Source: a virus (Duplodnaviria > Heunggongvirae > Uroviricota > Caudoviricetes). Taken from it: a DNA stretch of 64,000 bases. Of the stretch, positions 44,901 through 56,234 are shown in pieces. Location: IMG/VR virus record IMGVR_UViG_3300026980_000004, one strand, 5' to 3'. Position 1 is the stretch's first letter. Each line of letters begins with the position of its first letter. A model generated the notes under the pieces. The model did no database searches. It worked only from the letters and a program-made list of their open reading frames with translations, and had not been told where the DNA came from. Made by a program: the position numbers and the translations under genes.

Positions 44901-45854
44901 ATGAAAAATCTAAAAATTTCAAACAGCCTTGAAGACGTTTTAGCACCTGTTAATGCTGTTAATGCAAATAGTTTATTCAAAAATGAAACTATTGCATTGC
45001 CAAAAGGTTACGATAAAGCAATTGTTTCAGGTGACAAAGTTTATGGCTTTGTATCTGAAAATTTTGGTTTAATCAAACCAATGGATGCTTTCCAAACTTT
45101 CAGTGAAGAATTTGAAAAATTTGGTTTAGAATTCGAACCTGTTGGAAGAATCGATTCAAGAGGTAATTGGGAACTACGTTTCAAGTTCATGAATGAGGGA
45201 TATACTAAGCAAGTAGGCGATGAACTATTTGCTGCGTTATCATTTGGCGGTGGTCTTGCTGGATCAAGAAGTACATACCTTAACGATTTAGTATATCGGA
45301 AAGTATGTTCAAATGGAATGCACCGAATTGTTTCTGAAATATTAATGAATAAAGTACGGAACACAAAAAACAATCATGAACTAAAATTCGGAATTGATTT
45401 CGAAAAGCTTTTGCCATTGGTTGAAACTTTTGCAAATAATCACGATTACGTGCAAGAGCAAATTAAATTGCAGGATGCTGAATTGAAAAATGAGCATATT
45501 TTGCCATTCTTCTATGAGGCAACAAAAGGAACCAAGTTCCCAGAAAGCAAGTTTCAAACTGCATATGACAGAATGAAACTAGAAGCTTCGGAATTGGGGT
45601 ACACCAGTATGAATCGTTACCTTGCATTAGCAGGATTGAATTACATATTGGAGCATGATTCTATGGCTTTAGACCTAGTTTCAACTAGAGACATCGACCA
45701 AAAAATTATGGGCAATTCAGATTTAAATATCGGAATTGCGGTCAAAAATTTCAACCAGATAGTAAAAGCTGAAAACGAAAGAATCAGTTCATATCAGGCT
45801 GAAAATGATGGCAAATCGCCAAGAGGCAAGCGCAAAGTTTTGGAACTTGTCTAA
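44901..45854 (+). CDS. DUF932-like protein, copy 2
   Basis: RKVCSNGM; C-terminal half highly similar to copy 1; followed by a terminator at 45864-45893. Confidence 0.7.
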   Translation: MKNLKISNSLEDVLAPVNAVNANSLFKNETIALPKGYDKAIVSGDKVYGFVSENFGLIKPMDAFQTFSEEFEKFGLEFEPVGRIDSRGNWELRFKFMNEGYTKQVGDELFAALSFGGGLAGSRSTYLNDLVYRKVCSNGMHRIVSEILMNKVRNTKNNHELKFGIDFEKLLPLVETFANNHDYVQEQIKLQDAELKNEHILPFFYEATKGTKFPESKFQTAYDRMKLEASELGYTSMNRYLALAGLNYILEHDSMALDLVSTRDIDQKIMGNSDLNIGIAVKNFNQIVKAENERISSYQAENDGKSPRGKRKVLELV

Positions 45855-46102
45855 ACAAAATTAAGGCAAGGGATTTTTTCCCTTGCTTTTTTATTACCCA
45901 GACTAACTAAATATTATACCATCCCTTATTATTTAGTTCAGGTCCAATTGATCGCTGGATTAATGAAATTAATTTACTTTAATTATTTGCCTGAAATTAG
46001 CCGCATAGAGAAGCGCAATTATAAAAATGATATAAGACTATACCTGAAAATAAAAGTCTCTTAAACGGGCTTAAAATAGGCTTAAATATGATCAATGTTT
46101 TT

Positions 46103-46238
46103 ACCCTACCCCCAGAACACCCCCATACCTATACCCCTAGTTCCCCCCACTAAATACCCCGTCAACTACCCCTTTAGATACCCCGTATCCCCCCCGTAGT
46201 CCCCCTGGGGTTTTAGTTGATTCTGAGGTGGGGGGCTA
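46103..46238. repeat. C-tract cluster (TACCCC repeats) followed by G-tracts
   Basis: More than ten runs of C3-C7 in about 105 bp of an otherwise very AT-rich genome. Confidence 0.8.
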
Positions 46239-46580
46239 CAGATTCAATGTTTGTATAAAAATTTTGGTATATATTTTTTTATCTAATCAAATATACGGTC
46301 TATAATTTTTTATATTTTTTTATAGTACTAAATATAAATATGTACAATATAGTATAACATAAATTCATATATTAAAATATCAACAATACAAATATTATAC
46401 AGAAATAAAATTTCAATTTTTTTATTGGGGACCCCCCTCCCTTTAAAACAAGGTTTGGTTAAAAAATATTTTTTTGGGAAAAATAGGGTCTGATCGGATT
46501 AATTTTCTATAAATTTTTATAGTTTTTTTGTTTTTTTTAAAAAATAACATGATATTTGTTTTAATGAATAAATTCATAAT

Positions 46581-47858
46581 ATGGAAAATAAATATTTATC
46601 ATTTGAGGAGGCTAGAGAATATGTTAGGGGTTTGGGGTTAAAATCTTATAATGAGTGGTTATTATATAAAAAGTCTGTAGATTTTAATAAGAGGTTGCCT
46701 AATAATCTTTATTATTATAAAAAGGAAAATGAGGATTTTAACATTGGTAGATTTTTGGGATATAAAAAAGAGATTATTATTAAATATGAAGATATTAGGG
46801 AATTTTTAATAAAAAATAATTTAGAAAAAATAGAGGATTGGTTAGATTTTAAAAGAAAATATAAGGGTACTGATAAATTACCTGAAAACATACCATTAAA
46901 TTTAGATGAATATATTAGGAAATTGGGTTTTAAAAGTTTTTATTCTTTTATAAAAAATAATAAAAATGGTAGATTTTTACCATTTGAGGAGGCTAGAGAA
47001 TATGTTAGGGGTTTGGGGTTAAAATCACATAATGAGTGGAGGAAATTTTCAAAATCAGATAAAAGACCAAAGAATATACCCTCAAGTCCAAACACTGTAT
47101 ATAAAAATGATGGATGGGTTGATATTGGGGATTGGTTGGGTTATAATTGTGTTAAATATTTGTCATTTGAGGAAGCGAGGGAATATGTTAAAAGTTTAAA
47201 TATTAAGAGTATTAAAGAATATAAAAAAATGGATATTGATAATATACCTAAATGTCCTGATATTGTTTATAAAGACAAAGGATGGATTAATTGGAGAACT
47301 TGGTTATTTGGTGAATATGTTTCATATGAAAATGCGAAAAAATTTGGAAATTCTTTAAATTTAAAAACAAGAAATGATTGGATTCAAGCTAAAAAAGAAA
47401 ATAAAATACCTTTAAATATACCTCAAAATCCCGATAAATTTTATAAAAAAACAGGTGAATGGGAAAATTGGACAACATTTCTTGGAGATAGGTATAATGA
47501 TGTTGTTGGATATGATTTTATGCCATTTTATGTGTTTATGTCATTTAAAGAGGCTTGTGATTATGTTAGAAAATTAGATTTAAGAAATGAAAAAAATTGG
47601 AGAAAATATAAAAAATCTGGTAATAAACCAATTAATTTACCTGCACATCCAGACAGAACATATAAATCTGAGTGGATATCATGGCCTCATTTCTTATGTT
47701 ATAAATTTCCAAATGCAGATTTAATGTTTAGTTATTGTATTAAAAATGGTATTGATAGTTCTGAGAAGTATTATGAGCATTGGTTGAATAATCCTGGTTG
47801 TGGATTGCCCTATAATCCAATTACTTATTATAATTTAAGGGAAGTTGAAAAACTGTAA
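46581..47858 (+). CDS. Tandem-repeat protein (phage integrase repeat unit-like)
   Basis: About six repeats of YLSFEEAREYVRxLxLKSxxEW...P..P...YK..GW..W..FLG. Confidence 0.75.
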   Translation: MENKYLSFEEAREYVRGLGLKSYNEWLLYKKSVDFNKRLPNNLYYYKKENEDFNIGRFLGYKKEIIIKYEDIREFLIKNNLEKIEDWLDFKRKYKGTDKLPENIPLNLDEYIRKLGFKSFYSFIKNNKNGRFLPFEEAREYVRGLGLKSHNEWRKFSKSDKRPKNIPSSPNTVYKNDGWVDIGDWLGYNCVKYLSFEEAREYVKSLNIKSIKEYKKMDIDNIPKCPDIVYKDKGWINWRTWLFGEYVSYENAKKFGNSLNLKTRNDWIQAKKENKIPLNIPQNPDKFYKKTGEWENWTTFLGDRYNDVVGYDFMPFYVFMSFKEACDYVRKLDLRNEKNWRKYKKSGNKPINLPAHPDRTYKSEWISWPHFLCYKFPNADLMFSYCIKNGIDSSEKYYEHWLNNPGCGLPYNPITYYNLREVEKL

Positions 47859-47864
47859 TTATTT

Positions 47865-50534
47865 TTATTTTTTTATACCTATTATATAGATAAACATATC
47901 ATCAGTAAAATCATCATGTATTGTAAAGTTATTATTTTTTATTTCATTTTTTAATTCTTCTATTTTATCCATCCATCTATTTTTTGGTTCCACTATTAAC
48001 ACATATTGATATGGTTTTAATATTCTATTAGCTTCTTTAATATATTCGTTATAATTAGTTCCCATAAGAGATAATGAGAATATAACCACATCCATAGAAT
48101 TATCTTCTAGTGGTGTGTTAGATATATCACATGCAATTACTTCATCATTTATTGCTATATGATCAAATGAATATAATTTATTTTGTATTAGAGTTCTTAG
48201 AGGGTCTAATCCACAACCTAGGTCTGCCACAATCCAATCTGGTCTTTTATTTACATAATCAACAATATAATCAAGATGATTAGTTTTCCATTTAGATTTT
48301 AGTTCATTATAATATGTATGATATAGTTCCCATTCCTTTGGGTTTTTAGTTAGTTTTATATTTAGGTTTTTCGAATTTGAGTTATACCATCCGTTATTAA
48401 TATAAGTAAAATCCCTATATTTCTTTTTTGCTTTGTTATAGTCAATATCGATTAATGGTACTGTAATTTTATTTCTATTTATGATTAAATCATAATTTCC
48501 TGTTTGTATTCTATTAATAATATTATTTAATGCAATTTTAGCATTTTCAAAAAGAGTTTCTGGTTTAGGTATATTTCCGTTTGTTGGTAATTTACCATCG
48601 ATTGCAGCATCTGATATAGTTCTTTTATTTTTTATGATAGGTAACCTATAATCTCTATCAAAAGACCATTCACCATATGGTTGATGTCTTATTATGATTT
48701 GAGGAATTAAGATATCTACAGTGTTTTTGGGGTATCCAATTCTACACAACCTACCAACAATTTGATCGTACTCAGCAGTCGTCCAAGGAAGTGATAAGAA
48801 TATAATTTTATTAAAGTTATATTGAAGTCCATTAACTCCAGTACTAAGAGGCATACTACCAATAATGATATCAATATCACCATTGATTGCGGAATTTAAA
48901 ACATTATCTCTTTCTTTTGGGTTATCTCCAGTGAATTTTTCAATTCTATAATTTGTTTTTTCTCTTAATAAATTAAAAGCTTTATTAACAATATTAGTTG
49001 TGTATTGTGTATAGATAATCGTACCCTTTGTAATTAAATTATTTTCTAGTAAATAATTTAATTTAATTGGGGATAGAATGATATCCATATCTGGTGTTGA
49101 TCCGCTTCTTTGTATTTTGGTTATCTCATTTATATAGTAATGCCCATCTATTTCTATTTCTGTTTGATTTAGTTTAATATCACTAAAATCCAGTATATAT
49201 CTTAATCCGTTTATGGTTAATTGTTTAAATATACTAATACAACTATTAACATCATTTGTTGTTGTTAATTCTGGATATTCTTCACCAGTAATCATTTCCA
49301 AAATTGCTTTTGCCTCTGATAATTCATTTATAACTGGAGTTGCTGTCATACCTAAAACTTTCAAATTTTCATTTTTTTCACCAGCTTTTATTACCAAAGT
49401 ATTTATTAATTTTCTTCTTGTAGATGTTTCTGAATTATCTCTTTTTTTTACTAATTGTATTTCATCCAATACGATAAAATCAATGATATTGTTATCAACT
49501 ATTTTAAGTATATAATTTTGAAATGAGGTATTCTGATATTTTTCATAATTAAATATAACATAATTATGTTTATTCTTATTGAATATATAATTATTTCTAC
49601 TAGGATTTGTGATTACATTAGAATCTGGAAAAGCATTTTTTATATTATCTTTCCATGTTTTAACTGTAGAGTTATATACAACAATAATTGTTAATTTTGC
49701 ATTAATATATCTAGATGCTATTATTGCTGATAATGTTTTACCAGAACCCGTTCCAGACCAATTACCATATCTATTTTTTTTACTTAATCTATAGCAAATT
49801 AATTTTTGCATCAGATTAGGTTTTACAATATTATTATTAATATCTTTATATTGAAAACCTTCTGGTATAACAAGATTATTTACTTCTTGATATTCTTTTA
49901 GAAATAATTCTCTAAATTCAGTTAGATTTTTTCCGAAGTTTATTTCATTTGAATTTAATTCGTTTAAGATTTCTGTATTACCGTTAAGAACTTGATTCCA
50001 AATTTTATTTAAATTAATTTTAAAAATAAATTCTATAGTTTCCAGATCATCTGATTGTACTAAATTAGAATCTATATATTGAAGATTTTTTATTTTAACT
50101 TTTTGTTCTCTTAATTCATATTCTTTTTCTAGGGTAATGGTGTCAAATTCTTTTATAGGTAGATCATCTTGATCATTTATTATTGTTTGTGTATTATTAT
50201 TATTTTTAGTTAATTGTTCGGTTGTTTTTAATTTGATTAAATTATCAATTGAACAATCTTGTTCAATTTTTGATAGGATATTTTCTATAAATTCAACTCT
50301 TTCTTTATTAGTATTAGGTTTTGTTGAAAATTCGTTGAATATTGAAGAATTTAGTAAACATTTTATTGCTTCATCGTTTTGTTTTTCTCTGATTAGAATT
50401 AAAAGTTCTGCATCACTTAATACTGTGATGTAATCTTTCAATTTTTCAAGGAAATTAATCAGATTGGTTAACTCAAGGTTCTTCTTTTTGAGTATTTTTG
50501 TAAAAAAGTTAATATCTTCTTTATTCTCGTACAT
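47865..50534 (-). CDS. SF2 helicase fused to a C-terminal Rrp8-like SAM methyltransferase
   Basis: GTGSGKT, LDEIQ, MTATP, QIVGRLCR; then VADLGCG...SFDH...ACDISNTPLEDNSMDVVIFSLSLMGTN. Confidence 0.85.
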   Translation of the reverse strand: MYENKEDINFFTKILKKKNLELTNLINFLEKLKDYITVLSDAELLILIREKQNDEAIKCLLNSSIFNEFSTKPNTNKERVEFIENILSKIEQDCSIDNLIKLKTTEQLTKNNNNTQTIINDQDDLPIKEFDTITLEKEYELREQKVKIKNLQYIDSNLVQSDDLETIEFIFKINLNKIWNQVLNGNTEILNELNSNEINFGKNLTEFRELFLKEYQEVNNLVIPEGFQYKDINNNIVKPNLMQKLICYRLSKKNRYGNWSGTGSGKTLSAIIASRYINAKLTIIVVYNSTVKTWKDNIKNAFPDSNVITNPSRNNYIFNKNKHNYVIFNYEKYQNTSFQNYILKIVDNNIIDFIVLDEIQLVKKRDNSETSTRRKLINTLVIKAGEKNENLKVLGMTATPVINELSEAKAILEMITGEEYPELTTTNDVNSCISIFKQLTINGLRYILDFSDIKLNQTEIEIDGHYYINEITKIQRSGSTPDMDIILSPIKLNYLLENNLITKGTIIYTQYTTNIVNKAFNLLREKTNYRIEKFTGDNPKERDNVLNSAINGDIDIIIGSMPLSTGVNGLQYNFNKIIFLSLPWTTAEYDQIVGRLCRIGYPKNTVDILIPQIIIRHQPYGEWSFDRDYRLPIIKNKRTISDAAIDGKLPTNGNIPKPETLFENAKIALNNIINRIQTGNYDLIINRNKITVPLIDIDYNKAKKKYRDFTYINNGWYNSNSKNLNIKLTKNPKEWELYHTYYNELKSKWKTNHLDYIVDYVNKRPDWIVADLGCGLDPLRTLIQNKLYSFDHIAINDEVIACDISNTPLEDNSMDVVIFSLSLMGTNYNEYIKEANRILKPYQYVLIVEPKNRWMDKIEELKNEIKNNNFTIHDDFTDDMFIYIIGIKK

Positions 50535-50635
50535 CTTATTATAATTATTTTTTACAAATATACATGAAATATTTTTTAATACAAAAAAAATTAATTACAT
50601 TTGCCAAAACAAATAAATGATTATATCATATAGAC

Positions 50636-51052
50636 ATGAAAATTGAAATATCTAATTACGATGCACAGAAGAAATTTAATGCATTATATTGGGGTCAGCC
50701 AGTTGGTGAGACATGGGTTGCTATTGGTTATAAGGATACGAAAGTTTGTCAAGCACAGGATGGTTTTAGATTAAGGTTAAAATCGGTTAATGACATTAGT
50801 GATGAGGATGCCATTGAGATTGCAAAAATGTATTCTTTAAATATTAATAAGAATGAGTATAGTGTATATAAAAATGATTTTGGTAAAACGTTTGTTTCTT
50901 GGGGTGAGACATATTTAGAAAAATTATTAATCGATGATGTTCTTACTAAAAGTGAGAGTGTTGATTACCTAAGATCAAAAGGATATGCATTGCCATATTT
51001 AGGATTAAGCGTTCAAGATTTAATAAATGCAGGATGGGTCAAGCTAGTTTAA
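50636..51052 (+). CDS. Hypothetical phage protein
   Basis: ORF with TACATTTG promoter at about 50596; ends DYLRSKGYALPYLGLSVQDLINAGWVKLV. Confidence 0.75.
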   Translation: MKIEISNYDAQKKFNALYWGQPVGETWVAIGYKDTKVCQAQDGFRLRLKSVNDISDEDAIEIAKMYSLNINKNEYSVYKNDFGKTFVSWGETYLEKLLIDDVLTKSESVDYLRSKGYALPYLGLSVQDLINAGWVKLV

Positions 51053-51615
51053 TATGGAAAGATGTTGAAGGGTACGAAGGATTGTATCAAGTTTCAACAA
51101 CAGGGTTGGTGAAATCACTGTCTTCTAATAAAGGAAATCAATATTCTAATAAAGTGTTTCTAAAAAAACAATTTTTAAACAGGTACGGATATTTAATGGT
51201 AACCTTTAGAAAAAATGGTGTTAGAAAAAATTTTACTGTACATAAGCTAGTAGCTAAAGCATTTCTCTCAAATCCTGAAAACAAGCCTCAAGTCAATCAC
51301 ATAAATGGAAATAAGATTTGTAACAGAGTTGAAAATTTAGAATGGTGTACGTCAAGTGAAAATCAAAAACACCGATTTAATACACTTAATCATACTGTAT
51401 ATAATAGACTACTTAACAAAAATGAGGTTTTTGAAATATTATCTCAAAAAGGGAAAGGTTGGAGAAAAGAAATTTCTAAAAAACTAGGTGTTTCTGAGGC
51501 TTGTATTAAAGCAGTTAGATCAGGTAGAAATTATAGTGATTGGTACAAAGAATTTATGGGATTAAGTGTTGATGATATGGTTGAGGGTGGTTGGATTAAA
51601 TTGATTGAGATATGA
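51034..51615 (+). CDS. NUMOD4-HNH homing endonuclease
   Basis: WKDVEGYEGLYQVSTTGLVKS (NUMOD4); VHKLVAKAF...QVNHINGNKICNRVENLEW. Confidence 0.9.
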   Translation: MGQASLIWKDVEGYEGLYQVSTTGLVKSLSSNKGNQYSNKVFLKKQFLNRYGYLMVTFRKNGVRKNFTVHKLVAKAFLSNPENKPQVNHINGNKICNRVENLEWCTSSENQKHRFNTLNHTVYNRLLNKNEVFEILSQKGKGWRKEISKKLGVSEACIKAVRSGRNYSDWYKEFMGLSVDDMVEGGWIKLIEI

Positions 51616-53392
51616 TACCCATTAATTTTGATGAAAAATCACACAAGCTGGTATCGTTTAAAAAATTATCTAATGATTATGAATTAGTGATGGGCGATGT
51701 TGCTAGATATGAACTTAGGTTTAGAGTTCCTTTATTATTTGGATTTATTTGGGCTGAATTAAAAAGAGAAGTTAGATTTTATACTATTGTAATAGAAAGA
51801 GAAATAATGGAGAATAAATGGAATAAATTAATCGAATCATGAAACTAGATGAATTTGGAAAACAGGTTTGGAAACATAAAACCAACAAAAGACTATTCTT
51901 AGAGCAATCTTTTGCTTGGGTTGATGGGTTAATTCTTTTGGATGAAACAATTGGAAGACAGATAGTAGATGAATATAAAGCATCTAGTTATGATTTTAGT
52001 GCTTGGGAACCAATGACTAAAGAAGAATATAAATCAGTTAAATCAAAATACAGGGAAATATATAAAATAGATCTATGAAAATACAATTGGAAGAATATTT
52101 ACATCTACCATATCCGAGTGGGGAGATTGTGGATAGATACTTAGCAGTTTTACAAGAAAATGTGGAATATCCAGCATTTACAATTGATTCAAATCTTAAT
52201 GTTATTGAATGTGTGGGTATTATTAAAAAAAATGGTTCATATAATTATCATAATAATTATGATGATTCTAGCAATGAGTTATATTGTTTAGTTGGGAATG
52301 AATTTAATAATGTTAGATCGGAATATAATCAATGGTTTTCCCTTAATAAAAATGAAGTTATTGAACTACAGAAGAAACTTATTGTTAAGTGGAAAAGTGT
52401 ATTAGAGAGGGAGCTTAAAAGAATTAATGAATTATGAAACCTTTTTATTGGAGACCTTCTGTTGAAGAAGCGAAACAATTCTTAACATATTCATTTAGGG
52501 CAAATCCAATGAATGATGAATATGTTGGAGAATTTTGGAAAAATGATGTACCTGTTGATGTTTTATATCCAGCAAATACAAATCCAAAAGAAGTTGAATT
52601 TGCCAAAAAATGGTGGAAAAAGACTAATGAGGAAGATATGTATGTTCTTGAGAAAGAAAGAGAAGCGTTTGAATTATTTTATTCATCATTGAAAAATGAA
52701 ATTGAGATACATTTATGAAATATAAAACTAAAGATGAATTTATTGCTAATTATTTAGAAAATGATAGAAGATTAAAAAACTGTAAGTTACCATATGGAAT
52801 GGCATATTTAACTTTGGTTGGTGAGGTTGAGGAGGATGCTGAACGTAAGTGGAATAATTATAAGAAAAGATATAGTACAACTAAAGTGAAAGGTTAGAAA
52901 ATAATTATTAAATTATGAAAACATTAGAACAAGAAGCTGAAGAATATTTCGATAATAACATATATTGTGATGGGATTACAAATTTTGAGGAAGATATAAG
53001 TAAGCGTTGTTTTATCGCAGGGGCAAATAGCAAATCGGTACAAGCTGAGAAGATTATGGCTCTGATTGAAGAAAATGAATCGATATTACAAATGCTCTTT
53101 TTACATGGGAATGAATCTAGTAGAATTAGAGTCGCAGGGCGAATAGAATTATTGAAGGAACAATTAAAAAACATATAAAATGGATAACTATTATTTTACT
53201 TTAGAAAAGGCTAAAGAAATAAATAATAATCCTGAATTATTAGAAAAAGAGGCTTTAATAATGAAAAAATCTTTTGATACACAAGGTAATCAAAAACATA
53301 GTTTAGAAGGACAATTTAATTATCATAATGCATTATTTATGGAAAAGGTTTTTTATGAACAATTGGTACCGATATTTAGAAAATATGTTTGA
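51612..53392 (+). other. Operon of seven small hypothetical ORFs
   Basis: ATGA-coupled ORFs in the ORF track. Confidence 0.7.
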
Positions 53393-53712
53393 ATTAGAAT
53401 TGTTGTTAATTAAATATTAAAAATAATTTACCAAATATTCATTTTTTTATATTATTTATAAGTTCAATATATTTCTTCATATGTATTTTATATTTTTTTA
53501 GTAATCTAAAGTACATATATTTCCAGTCTAGTTCTTGTACAATTGTTTGTATTGCTTCTGTGAGTATTTTTGGTGGTATCATTTCAACATCGTCATTACC
53601 TTGTCTCCATTGGTTGTGTTCACTTAGTATTTTGATAGCTTCCTTATAGTCCATAACTATTTGTATATTATATGCAAATATAATGTTTTTTATTGAAAAT
53701 GTATTTATATGT

Positions 53713-54450
53713 ATGAAAATTATTTCTATAATTAATGAAGAGATTTCTTCTATATTAGGTGAGAATAAATTAGAAGATAATATATCATTTACAGATACAC
53801 TACAATTTAAGAATTGGTTTGGTAATTCTAAGGTAGTCGATAAAGAAGGTAATCCATTACCCGTATATCACGGTAGTCCAGTTGGTGGTATAGAAAATTT
53901 CAAGAATAAGGATGGTGTTATCGAAGTTTTATCAAGTGGGTTGAAAGAATATGGTATTTTCTTTACAACAAATATTGAGTTAGCTAAATTATATAAAGAA
54001 AATAGAAAATTATCACCAGAATATATTAATAATATTAAAAAAGAGATAGTAAAATTACAGAATATACAGAATGATACAAGAAACAGTAAAGAATATTATG
54101 AATATAACGATATGATTGAAAAATTAAAGAGGAAATTAAGAGGTGAAATATATCAGTCATATTTAAAAATTGTAAATCCTTTTATATTTGATGCTAAAGG
54201 TAAGGATGGATATTATGGTTGGAAAGAAGCCAAGATTGATATTGGTTATAAAACAGCTGTTGGTTTCGATGCTATTGAAGCTGTTGCAGGATATAATTCA
54301 ATGTATAAATCCAATTATGATGGGATTATTGCAAAAAATATAATTGATTTTCACACGTATGGTAGTGATGATCCAAAACATAAAAATTTTCACGGAGATG
54401 CTTATGTAGTTTTTTCACCATCACAAATTATGATTGAAAAGGAAATTTAA
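53713..54450 (+). CDS. ADP-ribosyltransferase-like (polyvalent-protein ART type) protein
   Basis: FKNWFGNSKVVDKEGNPLPVYHGS...GIFFT...YLKIVNP...YDGII...YVVFSPSQI. Confidence 0.7.
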   Translation: MKIISIINEEISSILGENKLEDNISFTDTLQFKNWFGNSKVVDKEGNPLPVYHGSPVGGIENFKNKDGVIEVLSSGLKEYGIFFTTNIELAKLYKENRKLSPEYINNIKKEIVKLQNIQNDTRNSKEYYEYNDMIEKLKRKLRGEIYQSYLKIVNPFIFDAKGKDGYYGWKEAKIDIGYKTAVGFDAIEAVAGYNSMYKSNYDGIIAKNIIDFHTYGSDDPKHKNFHGDAYVVFSPSQIMIEKEI

Positions 54451-54456
54451 AATAAA

Positions 54457-55137
54457 ATGAAAAAGGATATTAAGGAAGTAAAGAATAAAAAAAATAGAAT
54501 AAAGGGTATTATGGGTTATCCTATTTTGGGTGTTAATTATTTAAATAGTGATTCTGATGGAAGTGGTGAATCATCTGGTGATGGGGGTGGTATGGGTGAG
54601 TCCAAAGTAATAGATATTGTTAAGATGTTAGTTGAGGAAGTATTATCTGAAATGCCAAGGGATTTTGATGAGAATATGTTAACCTTCGATAAAATACCTA
54701 AGCAGATTTTAGATAATTATTATAAAAATATTACGATTAGTGTAGCATTCGTAAAAAAAGATGGTAGTATTAGACACATGGCATTTAGAAAAAAACTAAA
54801 TGCATATATTAGGAGTACAAACGAAAAGACTGAACTACAGTCAAATATTTTACAGAACAATAATTTATTGCAAGTTTACGACACTAATTTATTTATTAAA
54901 GCAAAAAAAGAGGGTAAAGACCCTAATATGGCAGCAAGAAGTTCATTCAGGAGGGTTACAATGGATAACGTATTGGGTTTTCTGACGGGTGGTAAGTTTT
55001 ATGATGCAAGGGGTATTAATAAAATAAAGGAAAGATATGGGGAAGATGTTTATAATAGTTTAACACCAGGAATGAAGAAAGCCATGCTTAAAGAAATTGA
55101 ATATATTGATGGTGAACTTAATTCTGGTGAAAAGTAA
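54457..55137 (+). CDS. Hypothetical protein with SH3/WYL-like 'FxKKDGSxRxM' motif
   Basis: VAFVKKDGSIRHMAF...VYD...SFRRV. Confidence 0.45.
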   Translation: MKKDIKEVKNKKNRIKGIMGYPILGVNYLNSDSDGSGESSGDGGGMGESKVIDIVKMLVEEVLSEMPRDFDENMLTFDKIPKQILDNYYKNITISVAFVKKDGSIRHMAFRKKLNAYIRSTNEKTELQSNILQNNNLLQVYDTNLFIKAKKEGKDPNMAARSSFRRVTMDNVLGFLTGGKFYDARGINKIKERYGEDVYNSLTPGMKKAMLKEIEYIDGELNSGEK

Positions 55138-55377
55138 AATGTCTCCAATGTGTTTCATTTAAATCCACATCATCTTCATAAATATATTTAATATTAAATA
55201 AAATTTCAACACACTTTGCAAGTTCAAATGTTGTTATATCTTCTTTTGGATTCCAAGATACGTTGAGTGGTTTTTTTAATTCTATACCAATTCCAGTATT
55301 TACAATAATTCTATTTTCTCCTTTTTCTATATTTTTCATGGTTAAATAATTTTATTTACAAAAATATAAAAAATTTT

Positions 55378-56175
55378 TTAATTATCAATAACTTTTTCAT
55401 ATTTTAAATACCAATATTTGTATAATGCTTTTAATAATTTTTTTCTATCTTTTATATCATCAATTTTATTGAGTTCAATTATTTCCGAGGATTTGAAATC
55501 GTCAAAAAATTTATGTATTCCTATATTTTTTAAATAGTTATCATTTTTCGATGATATGTATTCAGAAAATCTAGCCCAATATTCATGTGGTAAATTTAAA
55601 TATTGGCTTAACAATTCATTATCAATATTTGTTTTATTTGCTTTATTTTTATAGTATTCAATAGATTTTTTATCGGTATCAAATTTTGCTTTAGATTTAA
55701 AATCATCAAAAGCATGTTGTAATTCATGTACTAGTGTTGTTTTTGTGGTTTGATTTAAAACTTTTACTAATTTATCAACTGTAAATTCACCTGTATTGTT
55801 AACGATTTTTAAAAAATATTTAAATGATTTATCATCGTGATATAAATTAATATACGGATTTTCTCTATTTTTAGAATATGAACCTTTTGCTGTTAAGTTT
55901 TCAGTAAGGACAAAATTAATTGTGATATCATATTCTGGTTTATTTAATATTCTTTCAATAAATGGTTTGATAATATTAAATTGATCAACCAGTTCTTTAT
56001 TATCCATAAATAAATCATAAGAAAGATCCATTAAATAAAATCTTTCAAAATTTTTATTACGATTTAAATAATATTTTACAATATTTATATTTAATTCTGC
56101 AATTTTTTTTATAATTAAATCAGCTAATTTAACTAATTCATTAACTTCTCTATAACCTTCATTAATATTTTTCAT
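55378..56175 (-). CDS. Putative zincin metallopeptidase
   Basis: TLVHELQHAFD and a downstream YLNLPHEYWAR. Confidence 0.7.
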   Translation of the reverse strand: MKNINEGYREVNELVKLADLIIKKIAELNINIVKYYLNRNKNFERFYLMDLSYDLFMDNKELVDQFNIIKPFIERILNKPEYDITINFVLTENLTAKGSYSKNRENPYINLYHDDKSFKYFLKIVNNTGEFTVDKLVKVLNQTTKTTLVHELQHAFDDFKSKAKFDTDKKSIEYYKNKANKTNIDNELLSQYLNLPHEYWARFSEYISSKNDNYLKNIGIHKFFDDFKSSEIIELNKIDDIKDRKKLLKALYKYWYLKYEKVIDN

Positions 56176-56234
56176 ATAATTAATATATATAATATAAATA
56201 CATTATATCTGTATTTATATTATATATAAAAGCG

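Noticed and set aside
46581-47858. Integrase for the cassette array
   Set aside because: It contains only repeat units. No tyrosine-recombinase R-H-x-x-R-Y catalytic domain is visible.
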